48,401 bases of DNA from Candidatus Altarchaeum sp. (GTDB taxonomy: Archaea; Altiarchaeota; Altiarchaeia; Altiarchaeales; Altiarchaeaceae). Location of the stretch: the NCBI GenBank assembly GCA_018260615.1, contig JAGWDQ010000082.1:1-48401 (forward strand), in the 5' to 3' direction. Under the pieces are notes generated by a model. That model saw only the letters and a list, made by a program, of their open reading frames with translations. It did not search any database and had not been told where the DNA came from. This document shows, piece by piece, positions 26,919 through 37,637 of this stretch; position 1 is the first letter of the stretch; each line of letters opens with the position of its first letter. A program made the translations under genes and the position numbers.

Positions 26919-27605
26919 ATGACTATAATAGCAATACATCAGCCAAATTATATCCCGTGGACAGGATATTTTGATAAGATAGCAAAAAGCGACATTTTTG
27001 TTTTCTTTGATGATGTGCAACTGCCAAGGGGAAAGTCGTATGTAACAAGAAACCAGATTTTAGGAGTTAATGGTGTTATGTGGCTAACTGTTCCGGTAAA
27101 AAGTAAAAGCGAGATGATTAAAATAAATGAAACAGAAATTGTGCAAGGCAATTGGAACAAAAAACACTGGAAAAGTATAAATGTTTCTTATTGTAAAGCA
27201 GAATTCTTTAATTCATTTAACAATGAATTTGCAGAAATTTATCAAAAAAACCGGGCAAAAATTTGTGAACTAAATGTTGAATTAATAAAAAAAATTGCAA
27301 AAATTCTACAGATAAATACAAAGTTTGCATTCTCTTCCGAAGTTCCTGTTAAAAGTAACAGCCCTTCTGATAGAATAATTGAGATTGTAAAATATTTTAA
27401 TGCAGATATATATATCAGCGGAAAAGGTATGGGCTCACAAAGATATATTTCTGAAGAAGAGTTTAGAAAAAATAACATAACCTTGATATTTCATGAATTT
27501 AAACATCCTGTGTATAAGCAAACAACGTTGGGCTTTGTGCCAAATCTTTCAATAATTGACTTGCTTTTTAATGCCGGTGAAAAAGCAAAGGATTTTATTT
27601 TATAA
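26919..27605 (+). CDS. WbqC family protein
   Basis: AIHQPNYIPWTGYFDKI, DDVQ, WLTVPV, Y.SG.G, LSIIDLLFN. Confidence 0.9.
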   Translation: MTIIAIHQPNYIPWTGYFDKIAKSDIFVFFDDVQLPRGKSYVTRNQILGVNGVMWLTVPVKSKSEMIKINETEIVQGNWNKKHWKSINVSYCKAEFFNSFNNEFAEIYQKNRAKICELNVELIKKIAKILQINTKFAFSSEVPVKSNSPSDRIIEIVKYFNADIYISGKGMGSQRYISEEEFRKNNITLIFHEFKHPVYKQTTLGFVPNLSIIDLLFNAGEKAKDFIL

Positions 27606-27606
27606 G

Positions 27607-29445
27607 ATGTGCGGAATTTGCGGTTTTAACTGGAAAGATGAAAATTTGTGTAAGTTGATGGCGGATACATTAAAGCATAGAGGTCCTGATGATGAGGGAT
27701 TTTATTTTGATGAAAATGTAAGTTTAGGTCATAGAAGGTTGAGTATAATTGATTTGGAAAAAGGACATCAGCCGATTCACAATGAAGATAAATCAATATG
27801 GATAGTTTATAATGGTGAAATTTATAATTATTTAGAGTTAAGAAGGGACTTGGAAAATAAACACAAATTTTATACAAATTCAGATACTGAAGTAATTATT
27901 CACGCTTATGAGGAATATGGTTTTGATTGCCTGAATAAATTTAACGGAATGTGGGCATTTTGTATTTATGATAAAAATAAAAATTTGCTGTTTCTTTCAA
28001 GAGACAGATTCGGAGTAAAGCCACTTTATTATTTTTTTGATGGCAAAAATTTTATTTTTGCTTCTGAAATAAAAGCAATTTTGCAGCACAATATAAAAAG
28101 GACTCCAAATGAGGATCTTATTTTTGATTATCTTATGTATAACATTGTTGACCATACAGATGAAACATTTTTCAAAGAGATAAAAAAGATACCCAAAGGA
28201 CACATTGCTATTTTTGAGATAAAAGAAAAGGAATTAAAGATAGAAAGATACTGGACATTAAAATCTGGTAAAGAGAAAGAAGATAAAGAAAAGATAAGGA
28301 ACATTTTTTTGGACTCTATCAGGTTAAGATTGAGAAGTGATGTTCCTGTTGGCTCTTGCTTAAGTGGAGGTATTGATTCATCTTCAATCGTTTGCGCACT
28401 TGCAGGAATGATAGATAACAAAAATATCAAAACCTTCTCCGCGGTTTTTCCCGGAAAAGACATAGATGAAAGTGAATATATAAAAGAGGTTATTGAAAAG
28501 ACAAATATAAAGGCAAATTTTACATCACCATCCGGAAATGACTTAATGAAAGATATAATGAAACTTATATATTATCAGGAGGAGCCGTTTATAGGTCCTG
28601 AGGTTTATACTCAATTTAGAGTTATGGAACTTGCACATGAAAAAGGGTTAAAAGTTCTATTAGATGGGCAGGGCGGTGATGAAATATTAGCAGGATATGT
28701 ATACTTTTTTGGATATTATTTTAAGGAATTGCTAAAGAAAGGCAAAATATTAACATTATTAAGAGAAATTTATTCATATTACAAAAATCATAAGAGTTTT
28801 TACGGAATTGTAGCAATGTTGTATCTATTTTTACCTTATTTTTTTAAAACATACATATTTCAAAGGCGAAATAATTATATGGACAAATCCTTCATGAATA
28901 AGTATCAGAAAGAAAGCACATACTTAAAAGATCTTATTGATGCAAATTCACTGAATGATTCATTACTTAAGCATTTTGAGTATAAATTAGAACACCTTTT
29001 AAAATTTGAAGATAGAAATTCCATGGCGTTTTCTATTGAAACACGGCTTCCTTTTTTAGATTATCGCCTTGTAGAATATTTATTTTCTTTACCTTCCTCA
29101 TCAAAAATAAAGGGTGGTGAAACAAAATTCGTATTTAGAAACGCAATGGAAGGAATATTGCCTGATAAGATATTACAAAGGCAGAGTAAATTTGGATTTG
29201 AGACGCCTGGCAATGAATGGATTAAATTGCCTGAGATATCTGAATTTATAAGAAATATACTAAACAGCAAGTCCTTCAAGGAAAGAGGTTATTTTGATGT
29301 AAAATATATTAAAAAAATATTCAAAAATAAAAATAATCAAGGATTTGTAAAACATAATGGTGAAGTTATATGGAAAGTAATATTATTAGAATTATGGTTT
29401 AGAATGTTTATTGATAAACAAAATGAAAAATTCAAAGGAGTATAG
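27607..29445 (+). CDS. asnB: Asparagine synthase-like glutamine-hydrolysing amidotransferase (glycan amidation)
   Basis: True start MCGICG at 27607 (Ntn Cys at position 2); HRGPD, HRRLSIID, YNGEIYN, LSGGIDSS, LDGQGGDE, RLPFLD. Confidence 0.92.
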   Translation: MCGICGFNWKDENLCKLMADTLKHRGPDDEGFYFDENVSLGHRRLSIIDLEKGHQPIHNEDKSIWIVYNGEIYNYLELRRDLENKHKFYTNSDTEVIIHAYEEYGFDCLNKFNGMWAFCIYDKNKNLLFLSRDRFGVKPLYYFFDGKNFIFASEIKAILQHNIKRTPNEDLIFDYLMYNIVDHTDETFFKEIKKIPKGHIAIFEIKEKELKIERYWTLKSGKEKEDKEKIRNIFLDSIRLRLRSDVPVGSCLSGGIDSSSIVCALAGMIDNKNIKTFSAVFPGKDIDESEYIKEVIEKTNIKANFTSPSGNDLMKDIMKLIYYQEEPFIGPEVYTQFRVMELAHEKGLKVLLDGQGGDEILAGYVYFFGYYFKELLKKGKILTLLREIYSYYKNHKSFYGIVAMLYLFLPYFFKTYIFQRRNNYMDKSFMNKYQKESTYLKDLIDANSLNDSLLKHFEYKLEHLLKFEDRNSMAFSIETRLPFLDYRLVEYLFSLPSSSKIKGGETKFVFRNAMEGILPDKILQRQSKFGFETPGNEWIKLPEISEFIRNILNSKSFKERGYFDVKYIKKIFKNKNNQGFVKHNGEVIWKVILLELWFRMFIDKQNEKFKGV

Positions 29446-29450
29446 TAAAA

Positions 29451-30512
29451 TTGAAAATGGATGTTGATATAAAAAAATTAAAACAAAATAAAGAAATGTG
29501 GGATATATTTACAAGAAAAGAGGAATATAACTCAAAACATTTAGACCATTTTGAGATCCATAATTTGAAGAAAGGTAAATATATAACAAAACCAATCGTT
29601 TCAAAATTTTTAATTGAAAATAATTTAAAAATAAATTATCTGGAAAACAAAAAGTTTGCCGTATGTTTAACACATGATGTTGATGACATTTACCCTCCAT
29701 TACACCACACACTACTCTCATCACTTTATTGCATTAAAAATCTAAATTTTAAACAATTAAAAAAACAACTTTTCTGGAAGAATAGCGGAAAAGAATATAG
29801 TCCTTATAGAAATTTCAAAGAAATAATAGATTTAGAAGAAAAATACAGCGCAAAATCATCATTTTATTTTATGGCAACCAACAAGGATATAAAAAGATTT
29901 AGATATCATATTGAAGATTTAGAAAACGATTTGGGCTTTATTTGGGATAATGACTGCGAGATTGGGTTACATGGAGGGTATTATGCATATAATAATTTAG
30001 GGGAAATAAAAAAAGAAAAAGAGAGAATAGAAAAAGTTTTAGGTAAATCAGTTATTGGTTATAGGAATCATTACTTGATGTTCAAAATTCCAGATACATG
30101 GGAATTATTAGAAAAATGCGGATTCAAATACGATACGACAATGGGGTATAATTATGGCGTTGGTTTTAGAAATGGGATGTGTCATCCCTTTAAACCATTT
30201 AATTTGAATAGCAATAAGGAGATTGACATTTTAGAGATTCCCATGATTATTATGGACAGTGCTTTATTTAATGTTTCAATTTCAATTGAACAAACATGGG
30301 AAACTGTAAAGAACATCATAAACACGGTAGAAAAATGTAACGGTGTTTTGACTTTATCCTGGCACAGTGAAGTATTTAACTGGCCTTTTAGAGAAAACTG
30401 GAAGATACTATACGAGAAAATTTTAAAGTATTGTTATGAAAAGAATGCTTGGATGACAAGCGGAGAAGAAATCTATAGGTGGTGGAATAAAAATGAAGAA
30501 TCAAAAAACTAA
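29451..30512 (+). CDS. Polysaccharide deacetylase family protein
   Basis: LTHDVDD, EIGLHG, GYRNHYL, YDTTMG, GFRNG, LSWH. Confidence 0.85.
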   Translation: MKMDVDIKKLKQNKEMWDIFTRKEEYNSKHLDHFEIHNLKKGKYITKPIVSKFLIENNLKINYLENKKFAVCLTHDVDDIYPPLHHTLLSSLYCIKNLNFKQLKKQLFWKNSGKEYSPYRNFKEIIDLEEKYSAKSSFYFMATNKDIKRFRYHIEDLENDLGFIWDNDCEIGLHGGYYAYNNLGEIKKEKERIEKVLGKSVIGYRNHYLMFKIPDTWELLEKCGFKYDTTMGYNYGVGFRNGMCHPFKPFNLNSNKEIDILEIPMIIMDSALFNVSISIEQTWETVKNIINTVEKCNGVLTLSWHSEVFNWPFRENWKILYEKILKYCYEKNAWMTSGEEIYRWWNKNEESKN

Positions 30513-31662
30513 AGTATTAGTTACGGACGGTTTACAGAAGAACACTCTTGCAATTTTGAGAACCATGGGCAACAAATATGTAATCGGATGCACAAGTCAT
30601 TATCCAAAAATTCTGACCATTTGTTTTTATTCAAAATATTGTAAAATAAAACATGTTCTAAATACAGAAGTGAACAATATAGATGAATATGCCAAAGAAT
30701 TACTTGATATCATAAAAAAAGAGAATTACGAAGTTATACTCCCGGTAAGTATGCAAAGTTGTTTAGCAGTATCCAAATATAAAAAGGATTTTCTAAATCA
30801 CGCCCATACTTTAGTTCCAGATTATAATAGCATGATGAATGCTTATTACAAAGATAAAACTATTGATCTTGCTAATAAACTTAAAATACCTACTCCCGAA
30901 TCAAAAATTATCAATGAGCTAAACGATTTTCAAAATATAAAAACATTTCCAGTGGTAGTTAAGTCATCTGATGATTCTGGAGCGTTCATAAAATATTGTA
31001 ATGGCAAAAAAGAACTGCTGGAAAATTTCAGATATTTGAAGAAGATAAGTAAAACCCCCATAATTATGCAACAATATGTAAAAGGTTTTGGTTGCGGGTT
31101 TTATGGCATATATAACCACGGAAAATTAATAGCACATTTCATGCACAAAAGAATCAAGGAATTCCCCATAACTGGTGGACCAAGCGCTGTTGCAGAGTCA
31201 TATTTTGATGACAAATTATTTTATTATGGAAAAAAGCTTTGTGACGCTTTGAAATGGAACGGACCAATTATGGTTGAATTTAAATATGATATTGAACAAA
31301 ATGATTATAAGCTAATCGAAATAAACCCTAAATTGTGGGGTTCTTTGGATTTAACGATAAGTGCAGGTGTAAATGTCCCAGAAATACTTATAAAACTTGC
31401 GTTGAAAGAGAAAATTCCAGAGATACAAAAATATAAATATATAAAATATCGGTGGGTTTTCCCGGACGAGTTCAAAGTATTAATGTCAAACCCAACTTTT
31501 AGAAATATCAAAGAATTTTTACATAAAGACAAAGATACAAAAACAAACATTATATTGTCTGATCCTATTCCAACATTTATCCAAAATTTTAGAGGAATAA
31601 TTGAAGGAACACTTATAATTATGAATTCAAAAAGAAAATTTCCACATGGTAAAATAAAATGA
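30493..31662 (+). CDS. ATP-grasp carboxylate-amine ligase
   Basis: FPVVVK, QQYVKG, GPIMVEFK, LIEINPKLWGSL. Confidence 0.85.
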   Translation: MKNQKTKVLVTDGLQKNTLAILRTMGNKYVIGCTSHYPKILTICFYSKYCKIKHVLNTEVNNIDEYAKELLDIIKKENYEVILPVSMQSCLAVSKYKKDFLNHAHTLVPDYNSMMNAYYKDKTIDLANKLKIPTPESKIINELNDFQNIKTFPVVVKSSDDSGAFIKYCNGKKELLENFRYLKKISKTPIIMQQYVKGFGCGFYGIYNHGKLIAHFMHKRIKEFPITGGPSAVAESYFDDKLFYYGKKLCDALKWNGPIMVEFKYDIEQNDYKLIEINPKLWGSLDLTISAGVNVPEILIKLALKEKIPEIQKYKYIKYRWVFPDEFKVLMSNPTFRNIKEFLHKDKDTKTNIILSDPIPTFIQNFRGIIEGTLIIMNSKRKFPHGKIK

Positions 31663-32384
31663 TGCAGTTTGACTTCCATATACACTCTATGTACTCGTAT
31701 GACTCCATATCCAAGATACCTGACATAATAAAAAGGGCACGAATGAAAGGATTAAGTGGTATTGCCATTACTGATCATGAAACGATTAAGGGAGCAAAAA
31801 TCGCAGAGAAATACTCAAACGATGACTTTATAGTTATTGTGGGATGTGAAATTAATACGGAGATGGGAGACATAATCGGGTTATTTTTAAACGAAGAGAT
31901 AAAATCAAGGAAAAGTTTATCTGTGATTGACGAAATTAAAGGGCAGGAAGGAACAGTTGTACTTCCGCATCCGTTCAGAGGGCACAAGTGGAACTTAATT
32001 AGTAGCGATATTTTAGAAAATATCCGTATTATAGAGGGATTCAACAGTAGAAGCGAAAAAGAAGAAAATTTAAATGCAATACAACTTGCAGAAAAAAGGA
32101 AATTACCGATGATATCCGGGAGTGATGCACATTTAATACAAGAGATAGGTAACGCGATGACAATATTTTATGATGTAGAACTAAATAATGATAACATACG
32201 GAAAATTATAACAAATAACAAGATTAATAGAGAGTTAAATGGTGTTGAAACATCAATTTATCCAAAACTTATAAGTAGTTATGTTGGGGCAATTGATAAA
32301 AGGGGTTTGTATGGATTCTTTGAAAGGAGTATTTCATTACCTTATAAAGGAATTAATAAAATTATAAGAGATTACAAAAAATAA
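31659..32384 (+). CDS. PHP-domain metal-dependent phosphoesterase
   Basis: DFHIHS, AITDH, GCEI, PHPF, GSDAH. Confidence 0.9.
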   Translation: MMQFDFHIHSMYSYDSISKIPDIIKRARMKGLSGIAITDHETIKGAKIAEKYSNDDFIVIVGCEINTEMGDIIGLFLNEEIKSRKSLSVIDEIKGQEGTVVLPHPFRGHKWNLISSDILENIRIIEGFNSRSEKEENLNAIQLAEKRKLPMISGSDAHLIQEIGNAMTIFYDVELNNDNIRKIITNNKINRELNGVETSIYPKLISSYVGAIDKRGLYGFFERSISLPYKGINKIIRDYKK

Positions 32385-32385
32385 G

Positions 32386-33186
32386 ATGTTTTATAAAACT
32401 GATTTCAAATGTGATGATGAAGAAGAATTGCAGAGTAAACTAAATTACCTATATAATTATAAAAATGATGTGGGCACTAAAGTTTTACATAGAGATAGAA
32501 TAAATCTCTTCTGTTTATTAATGGAGAGATTAATAGAGCAGAATGTCATTGAATCTTTTGATTCGGCAATAGACATCGGTTGTAATGCAGGGGTATATTC
32601 AAAGATTATTTCAGATTTTGGATTTAAACATGTACTGGGAATTGACATTGTTGATGAAATGATTGAAAAAGCAAATGATTTTTTTGCATTTAGCAATAGT
32701 AAAAAGGTTTTAGAATATAAATTGTTAAACGCCGAAAATATAAATACAAATAAAAAATATGATTTCATCCTATGTACTGAAGTTATCGAACATACGAATA
32801 ATCCCTCCAAGGTGGTAGAAAATATTAAATGTATTTTAGCCCCCGGAGGCGTTGCAATTATCACATTGCCTAATAGTATCTCACTACCTTCTATCTTGAC
32901 TTTTTTGTATTATAAAATTAGAAATAAAGAAATGGATAAAATAATGGAACAACATCTAAATTATCCATTTTATAAATCAGTCAGAATTTTTAGAGATGAC
33001 AACTTCCGACTTATAGAAACAAGCGGCACTAATTTAATATTTAAAAATAGTCCATTTCTACGATTATTATATAAAACACCAATATTTGCAACTGTAAATA
33101 AAATCAATTTTTATTTATCCATATTATGGCCATTGAAATATTTTTCACAATTTTTCTTTATCGTAATAAAAAATGAACAAATATAA
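32386..33186 (+). CDS. Class I SAM-dependent methyltransferase
   Basis: IDIGCNAG, YDFILCTEVIEH, LAPGG. Confidence 0.85.
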   Translation: MFYKTDFKCDDEEELQSKLNYLYNYKNDVGTKVLHRDRINLFCLLMERLIEQNVIESFDSAIDIGCNAGVYSKIISDFGFKHVLGIDIVDEMIEKANDFFAFSNSKKVLEYKLLNAENINTNKKYDFILCTEVIEHTNNPSKVVENIKCILAPGGVAIITLPNSISLPSILTFLYYKIRNKEMDKIMEQHLNYPFYKSVRIFRDDNFRLIETSGTNLIFKNSPFLRLLYKTPIFATVNKINFYLSILWPLKYFSQFFFIVIKNEQI

Positions 33187-34402
33187 AAATTTAAATATGG
33201 CTAACAAGAATCTTTTAGTATTGGCAAACAGCTTTTATCATTCAAACTGCAAATCAATAGGAATATACAAAACACAAGTGGATGCAATTGCAGAAAATTT
33301 TAATAGAATTTATGTTATTGCTCCGACACCACATCTTCCGGAATTTTTTGGAAGATTTAAATGGATTCCACAAAGTTGGAAAAAGGGAATAAATCCTATT
33401 GATTATTCTTATGGGAACATATCTGTTTATTTTCCTAACTTTTTTATGCTGCCCATAAATTTTCTACGAGAAAAATATGCCGAAGGCGCATATAAGTCCG
33501 CATTAAAACTTATTTCAAAGGAAAATATAACTTTTGATATAATTCATGCACATTTTGTCTATTATGCAGGATATGTTGGTGCGAAATTGAAAGAGAAATA
33601 CAAAAAACCATTAATTATTACCGGGCACGGAGATGATGTTTATAGTTTGCCATTTAAATATAAACATTTTGAAAAGATGGCAAAATACGCTCTTGGTAAT
33701 GCAGATTATGTAACAACAGTAAGTAAGAGTAATTATGAAAAATTGATTGAGCTTGGGGTGGATAAGGAAAAGGTCACTGTGATTCCTAATAGTTATGATA
33801 AAAATATATTTAAGCCAATCCCGGAAGATTGTAAAGAGGGGTTAAATATTCCAAAAAACAAGAAGATTATTCTTTCTGTTGGTATGTTAGAAGAAATAAA
33901 GGGGCACGAATATTTGATAAAGGCGATGAGAAAAGTTATAGATAAGAGGACAGATGTTTTATCTATTATGGTTGGTAGCGGGCAATTGAAATCAAAATTA
34001 CAGAGATTAATAACTAACTTGAATCTTGATGATTATGTAAAATTAGTTGGTGCAAAACCACATAACGAAATTCCATTGTGGATGAATGCATGCGATTTAT
34101 TTGTTTTGCCGAGTTTAAATGAAGGAAATCCAACAGTGATGTTTGAATGCCTGGGCTGTGGAAAACCTTTTGTAGGAACAACTGTCGGTGGAATTCCTGA
34201 AGTAATAATAAATGACAAATTAGGTTATTTATGTGAGCCAAAAAGTCCGGATGAACTTGCAGAAAAAATTTTACTTGCGATGGAGCGAAAATGGGATAAA
34301 GAATATATTCTGGAATATGCTAAAAAATTCTCATCCGATGAGATAGCAAAGGAAACATTTAAAGTTTATGAAAAAGTAATTGCTAATGGAAAAGAAAAAT
34401 AA
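33173..34402 (+). CDS. GT4 glycosyltransferase
   Basis: IIHAHF, ITGHGDD, VIPNSYD, KGHEYLI, FVLPSLNEGNP, GGIPE. Confidence 0.9.
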   Translation: MNKYKNLNMANKNLLVLANSFYHSNCKSIGIYKTQVDAIAENFNRIYVIAPTPHLPEFFGRFKWIPQSWKKGINPIDYSYGNISVYFPNFFMLPINFLREKYAEGAYKSALKLISKENITFDIIHAHFVYYAGYVGAKLKEKYKKPLIITGHGDDVYSLPFKYKHFEKMAKYALGNADYVTTVSKSNYEKLIELGVDKEKVTVIPNSYDKNIFKPIPEDCKEGLNIPKNKKIILSVGMLEEIKGHEYLIKAMRKVIDKRTDVLSIMVGSGQLKSKLQRLITNLNLDDYVKLVGAKPHNEIPLWMNACDLFVLPSLNEGNPTVMFECLGCGKPFVGTTVGGIPEVIINDKLGYLCEPKSPDELAEKILLAMERKWDKEYILEYAKKFSSDEIAKETFKVYEKVIANGKEK

Positions 34403-36302
34403 TGAGTTGAGGGAAAAATGTATTCGTGAAAAAATAAAAGAAAATTTAGATTTGATTGCTGCATTAGGAGGAATTATTCTCGGAATTTTTATTATTTATA
34501 TGTCTCGTGTATATGGAATACACCAGGAGGATATCGGGGGAACGATTTTAATATCTTCATTATTATATGTCCTGTTGAGGAAAAGATTGCTTAAAGCAAA
34601 CGAAATTTTCAATTTCAAGCTAACAAAGAATTTTATATATTTCAATAACATTATCTTTTTCTTTGCTTTAAGTTTAAGCGTATTGCTGCTTTACAATACC
34701 CTTTATTCAAGACCTTTACTTTACTTTATACTCGTTACAGTAGCAATTTGCTCAATTGCTTTTGAAATTCTTTATTCTAACAAAAAACATTCAATAGCAA
34801 TTTTAATTAAAATTCTGCTAATTGGAATAAATTTATATGGAGGAATTTATTATGAATTTCCAGGAAATGTAGTTGGAATAGATACAAGAACGCATAATTT
34901 TATAACCGAGCAAACTATTAAAGAAGGATATATTATTCCGGGACAACCATATTTTAATTTTCCCATATTTCATACACTTGCGGCACAAATGAGTATTTTA
35001 ACTTCTTTAAATGTTTATGATTCAATCTTTTTATCAACAACCTTTTTGTTGGCTTTTTCCATTATCTTTATCTTTTTGCTTGGAAAAGAATTAATTAATA
35101 CAAACGCAGGGCTTTTAGCATCACTATTGTTTGTTTTTGGTGATTGGGTTATTGGCTATTCTCCTGCAATTCCAATGACGCTTGGATTTGTATTTTTTAC
35201 AATAATTTTATATTTGTTTATTAAATGTGTTCCAAAGTCGTTGTACAGAAGAATTATTATCTTTTTTTTATTTGTTGTTTTAATATTGACGCATACTGTT
35301 GCTGCATTTGCATTGCTTGTCACAGCAATATCTCTTTTTGTATTAAAAAATATAAATAAATACATAAATAATCTCTCTGCTAATAAATTTACAATTTTCC
35401 TTGGGACAACAATAATATTTGGAGTGATGCTTTTAGGTTACTGGATGTATGCTTTTGAGTGCCCAACATGTTCGTCATTTCTTGATTATTCCCTAAATGC
35501 TTTGATTACTGGCTTAACAAAGTACAGTGTATTTTCTGGAAATGAAGAACTTGCTACTGTTCAGGAAAAAATATCAACTTATGTTGCTGTCAATTATTTA
35601 GAATATATTCTTGATCATTTAGGATATTTGATGTTTTTGGGAATTGGAATAATTGGAGCATATATTTGGATTAAAGGCAAAGATGAATTCAAATTTCCGA
35701 TATCTGTTACTATGATTATCATTTTTGCGATCATCTACGGATTTTCTCTTGCTGGGGATACATCAATTATGCCAACAAGGTGGTTTATATTTGCATACCT
35801 AATTCTTGCCCTTGTTTTTGCTTATGGACTTTTTAAGTTAATAAATCTAATTAATAAAAGATTTGCAACAATTTCATTTTTAATTATAATTTTTTTAATG
35901 TCTTTTTTCATGATAACCTCAACAGTTTCAAATAGTGACAATCCTTTATATCACAAAGAGCATACAAATTTATGCGCATACAAGCAATCACAATTGCAGG
36001 GAATGTCAACATTCTATAAATTTTTTAATGGAACTTATGGAGAAATAAATCCCGGTCCATTAGGAACAATAAATCCTGATATATTATCTCAAGATTATAA
36101 TTTTAGCAAGGATAGAGGTAAGATGTATACAATATGGAAAGATGCATTTATTTATCCAAGATTATGGACAACATATTATGAAAGAGCAGGATCAGGTGCT
36201 CAATCATATATTCTTGATGGTGAATTTAAAATTAGAGTTGAATTAAACAGCAACGAAATTTATGATAATGGGGAGGTTTGGGGATATGTGATTAAAGATT
36301 AA
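34380..36302 (+). CDS. Polytopic membrane protein (GT-C/polymerase-like; function uncertain)
   Basis: 640 aa with about 13 hydrophobic segments, a loop GIDTRTH, and a soluble C-terminal tail ending IYDNGEV. Confidence 0.6.
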   Translation: MLMEKKNNELREKCIREKIKENLDLIAALGGIILGIFIIYMSRVYGIHQEDIGGTILISSLLYVLLRKRLLKANEIFNFKLTKNFIYFNNIIFFFALSLSVLLLYNTLYSRPLLYFILVTVAICSIAFEILYSNKKHSIAILIKILLIGINLYGGIYYEFPGNVVGIDTRTHNFITEQTIKEGYIIPGQPYFNFPIFHTLAAQMSILTSLNVYDSIFLSTTFLLAFSIIFIFLLGKELINTNAGLLASLLFVFGDWVIGYSPAIPMTLGFVFFTIILYLFIKCVPKSLYRRIIIFFLFVVLILTHTVAAFALLVTAISLFVLKNINKYINNLSANKFTIFLGTTIIFGVMLLGYWMYAFECPTCSSFLDYSLNALITGLTKYSVFSGNEELATVQEKISTYVAVNYLEYILDHLGYLMFLGIGIIGAYIWIKGKDEFKFPISVTMIIIFAIIYGFSLAGDTSIMPTRWFIFAYLILALVFAYGLFKLINLINKRFATISFLIIIFLMSFFMITSTVSNSDNPLYHKEHTNLCAYKQSQLQGMSTFYKFFNGTYGEINPGPLGTINPDILSQDYNFSKDRGKMYTIWKDAFIYPRLWTTYYERAGSGAQSYILDGEFKIRVELNSNEIYDNGEVWGYVIKD

Positions 36303-36371
36303 AACGAAAAAATAGGATATTAATTTATTCTGATTAATTTTAAATTAAATCAAAACATAATTAATAAACAA

Positions 36372-37637
36372 ATGGTATTAAAAATGAATATTTTAATGAT
36401 TGGACCATACAAGCCAAAAGTTGGCGGGGTTTCTCATGTAGTGCAAGCATTGGCAAAGCAATTTTCATCTGATCATAATGTATTTGTTGTAGATATAGGG
36501 GATGGAGGAGTGCGAAATGGATTTGGGTATTGGAAAGACTACAATATTGATGTCTATACAGAGCGGTTTTACCCTGTAAACTACTTATACTTACCAATTC
36601 AGATGATTATTCAAACAACAAAAAGAGCAATGTTACTACGGAAAAGGGCGGATTTATATCACACTCATGGAGAGTTTTACTCAGGTATTGGATTTATAGA
36701 TAAAAGAAAACCTCTGGTCCTGACGATGCATGGATATCCTGCACTCGAACAAGTAGCCAGCGGTAGAATAAAACCAAATTCAATTCAGTTTAAATTCATA
36801 ATGTGGGTGACAAAGAAGGTTGTGCAGAGGGCAGATGCTGTGATTGCTGTTGATTCCACATTAGAAAATTGGATTAGAACAAGTTTGGATTGTAATACAA
36901 ATAAATTATTTGTAGTGCCTAATGGAGTAGATACCAAAAAATTCGATTTTAATGGCATAAATTCTACAGAAATTGACAGAATTAGGAAAAATTATGGTTT
37001 GAAAGATAATCAGAAACTCATTGTTTGTATTAGAAGGTTTGCTCCCAAGAATGGAGTTGAAAATGTACTTGAGGGATTTATTGAATATCTGACCAGAAAT
37101 AAAGATTCAGATGCAGTTCTTTTATTGGGAGGGGGCGGACCATTGAAATCTGATTTTGAAAATAAGATAAAAAAACATAATCTTAAAAATAAGATCATAC
37201 TAGAAGATACTATACTTCACGACAATATTCCCTCATATTACAATGCAGCAGATATTATACTAAACTCTTTTACTCATATTCCTTTTGTTGAGGAGTTTCC
37301 AGTTCATAGTGTTAAAGAAGCATTGAAGAAAGGACGACCAATATGTACAAGTTTAACTACTGTAGAGGCCCTATCAATGGGTAAACCAGTAATATTATCG
37401 ACAGTTGGTGGAACATACAAAAGAGTTGATTTCAATGATTTTGGAGTTATAGTATCAGACAAAAACCCCAAAGAAATATCTGATGCAATAGAAAAAATTT
37501 TAGACAATTATGAAAAAGCAAAGGAGATGGGCATAAATGCCAGAGAATACATAGTGAACAATAGGGATTGGGCAGTTATAGCAAATAAAGTAATGAATGT
37601 TTATAATTTTGCAATAGAAAACCAAACAAAGAAATGA
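36372..37637 (+). CDS. GT4 glycosyltransferase
   Basis: GGVSHVV, LTMHG, VPNGVD, PKNGV, EALSMGKPVI. Confidence 0.88.
   Translation: MVLKMNILMIGPYKPKVGGVSHVVQALAKQFSSDHNVFVVDIGDGGVRNGFGYWKDYNIDVYTERFYPVNYLYLPIQMIIQTTKRAMLLRKRADLYHTHGEFYSGIGFIDKRKPLVLTMHGYPALEQVASGRIKPNSIQFKFIMWVTKKVVQRADAVIAVDSTLENWIRTSLDCNTNKLFVVPNGVDTKKFDFNGINSTEIDRIRKNYGLKDNQKLIVCIRRFAPKNGVENVLEGFIEYLTRNKDSDAVLLLGGGGPLKSDFENKIKKHNLKNKIILEDTILHDNIPSYYNAADIILNSFTHIPFVEEFPVHSVKEALKKGRPICTSLTTVEALSMGKPVILSTVGGTYKRVDFNDFGVIVSDKNPKEISDAIEKILDNYEKAKEMGINAREYIVNNRDWAVIANKVMNVYNFAIENQTKK

Noticed and set aside
27556-27606. Upstream start of the AsnB ORF given in the track
   Set aside because: Ntn amidotransferases need Cys at position 2; MCGICG at 27607 directly follows the WbqC stop.
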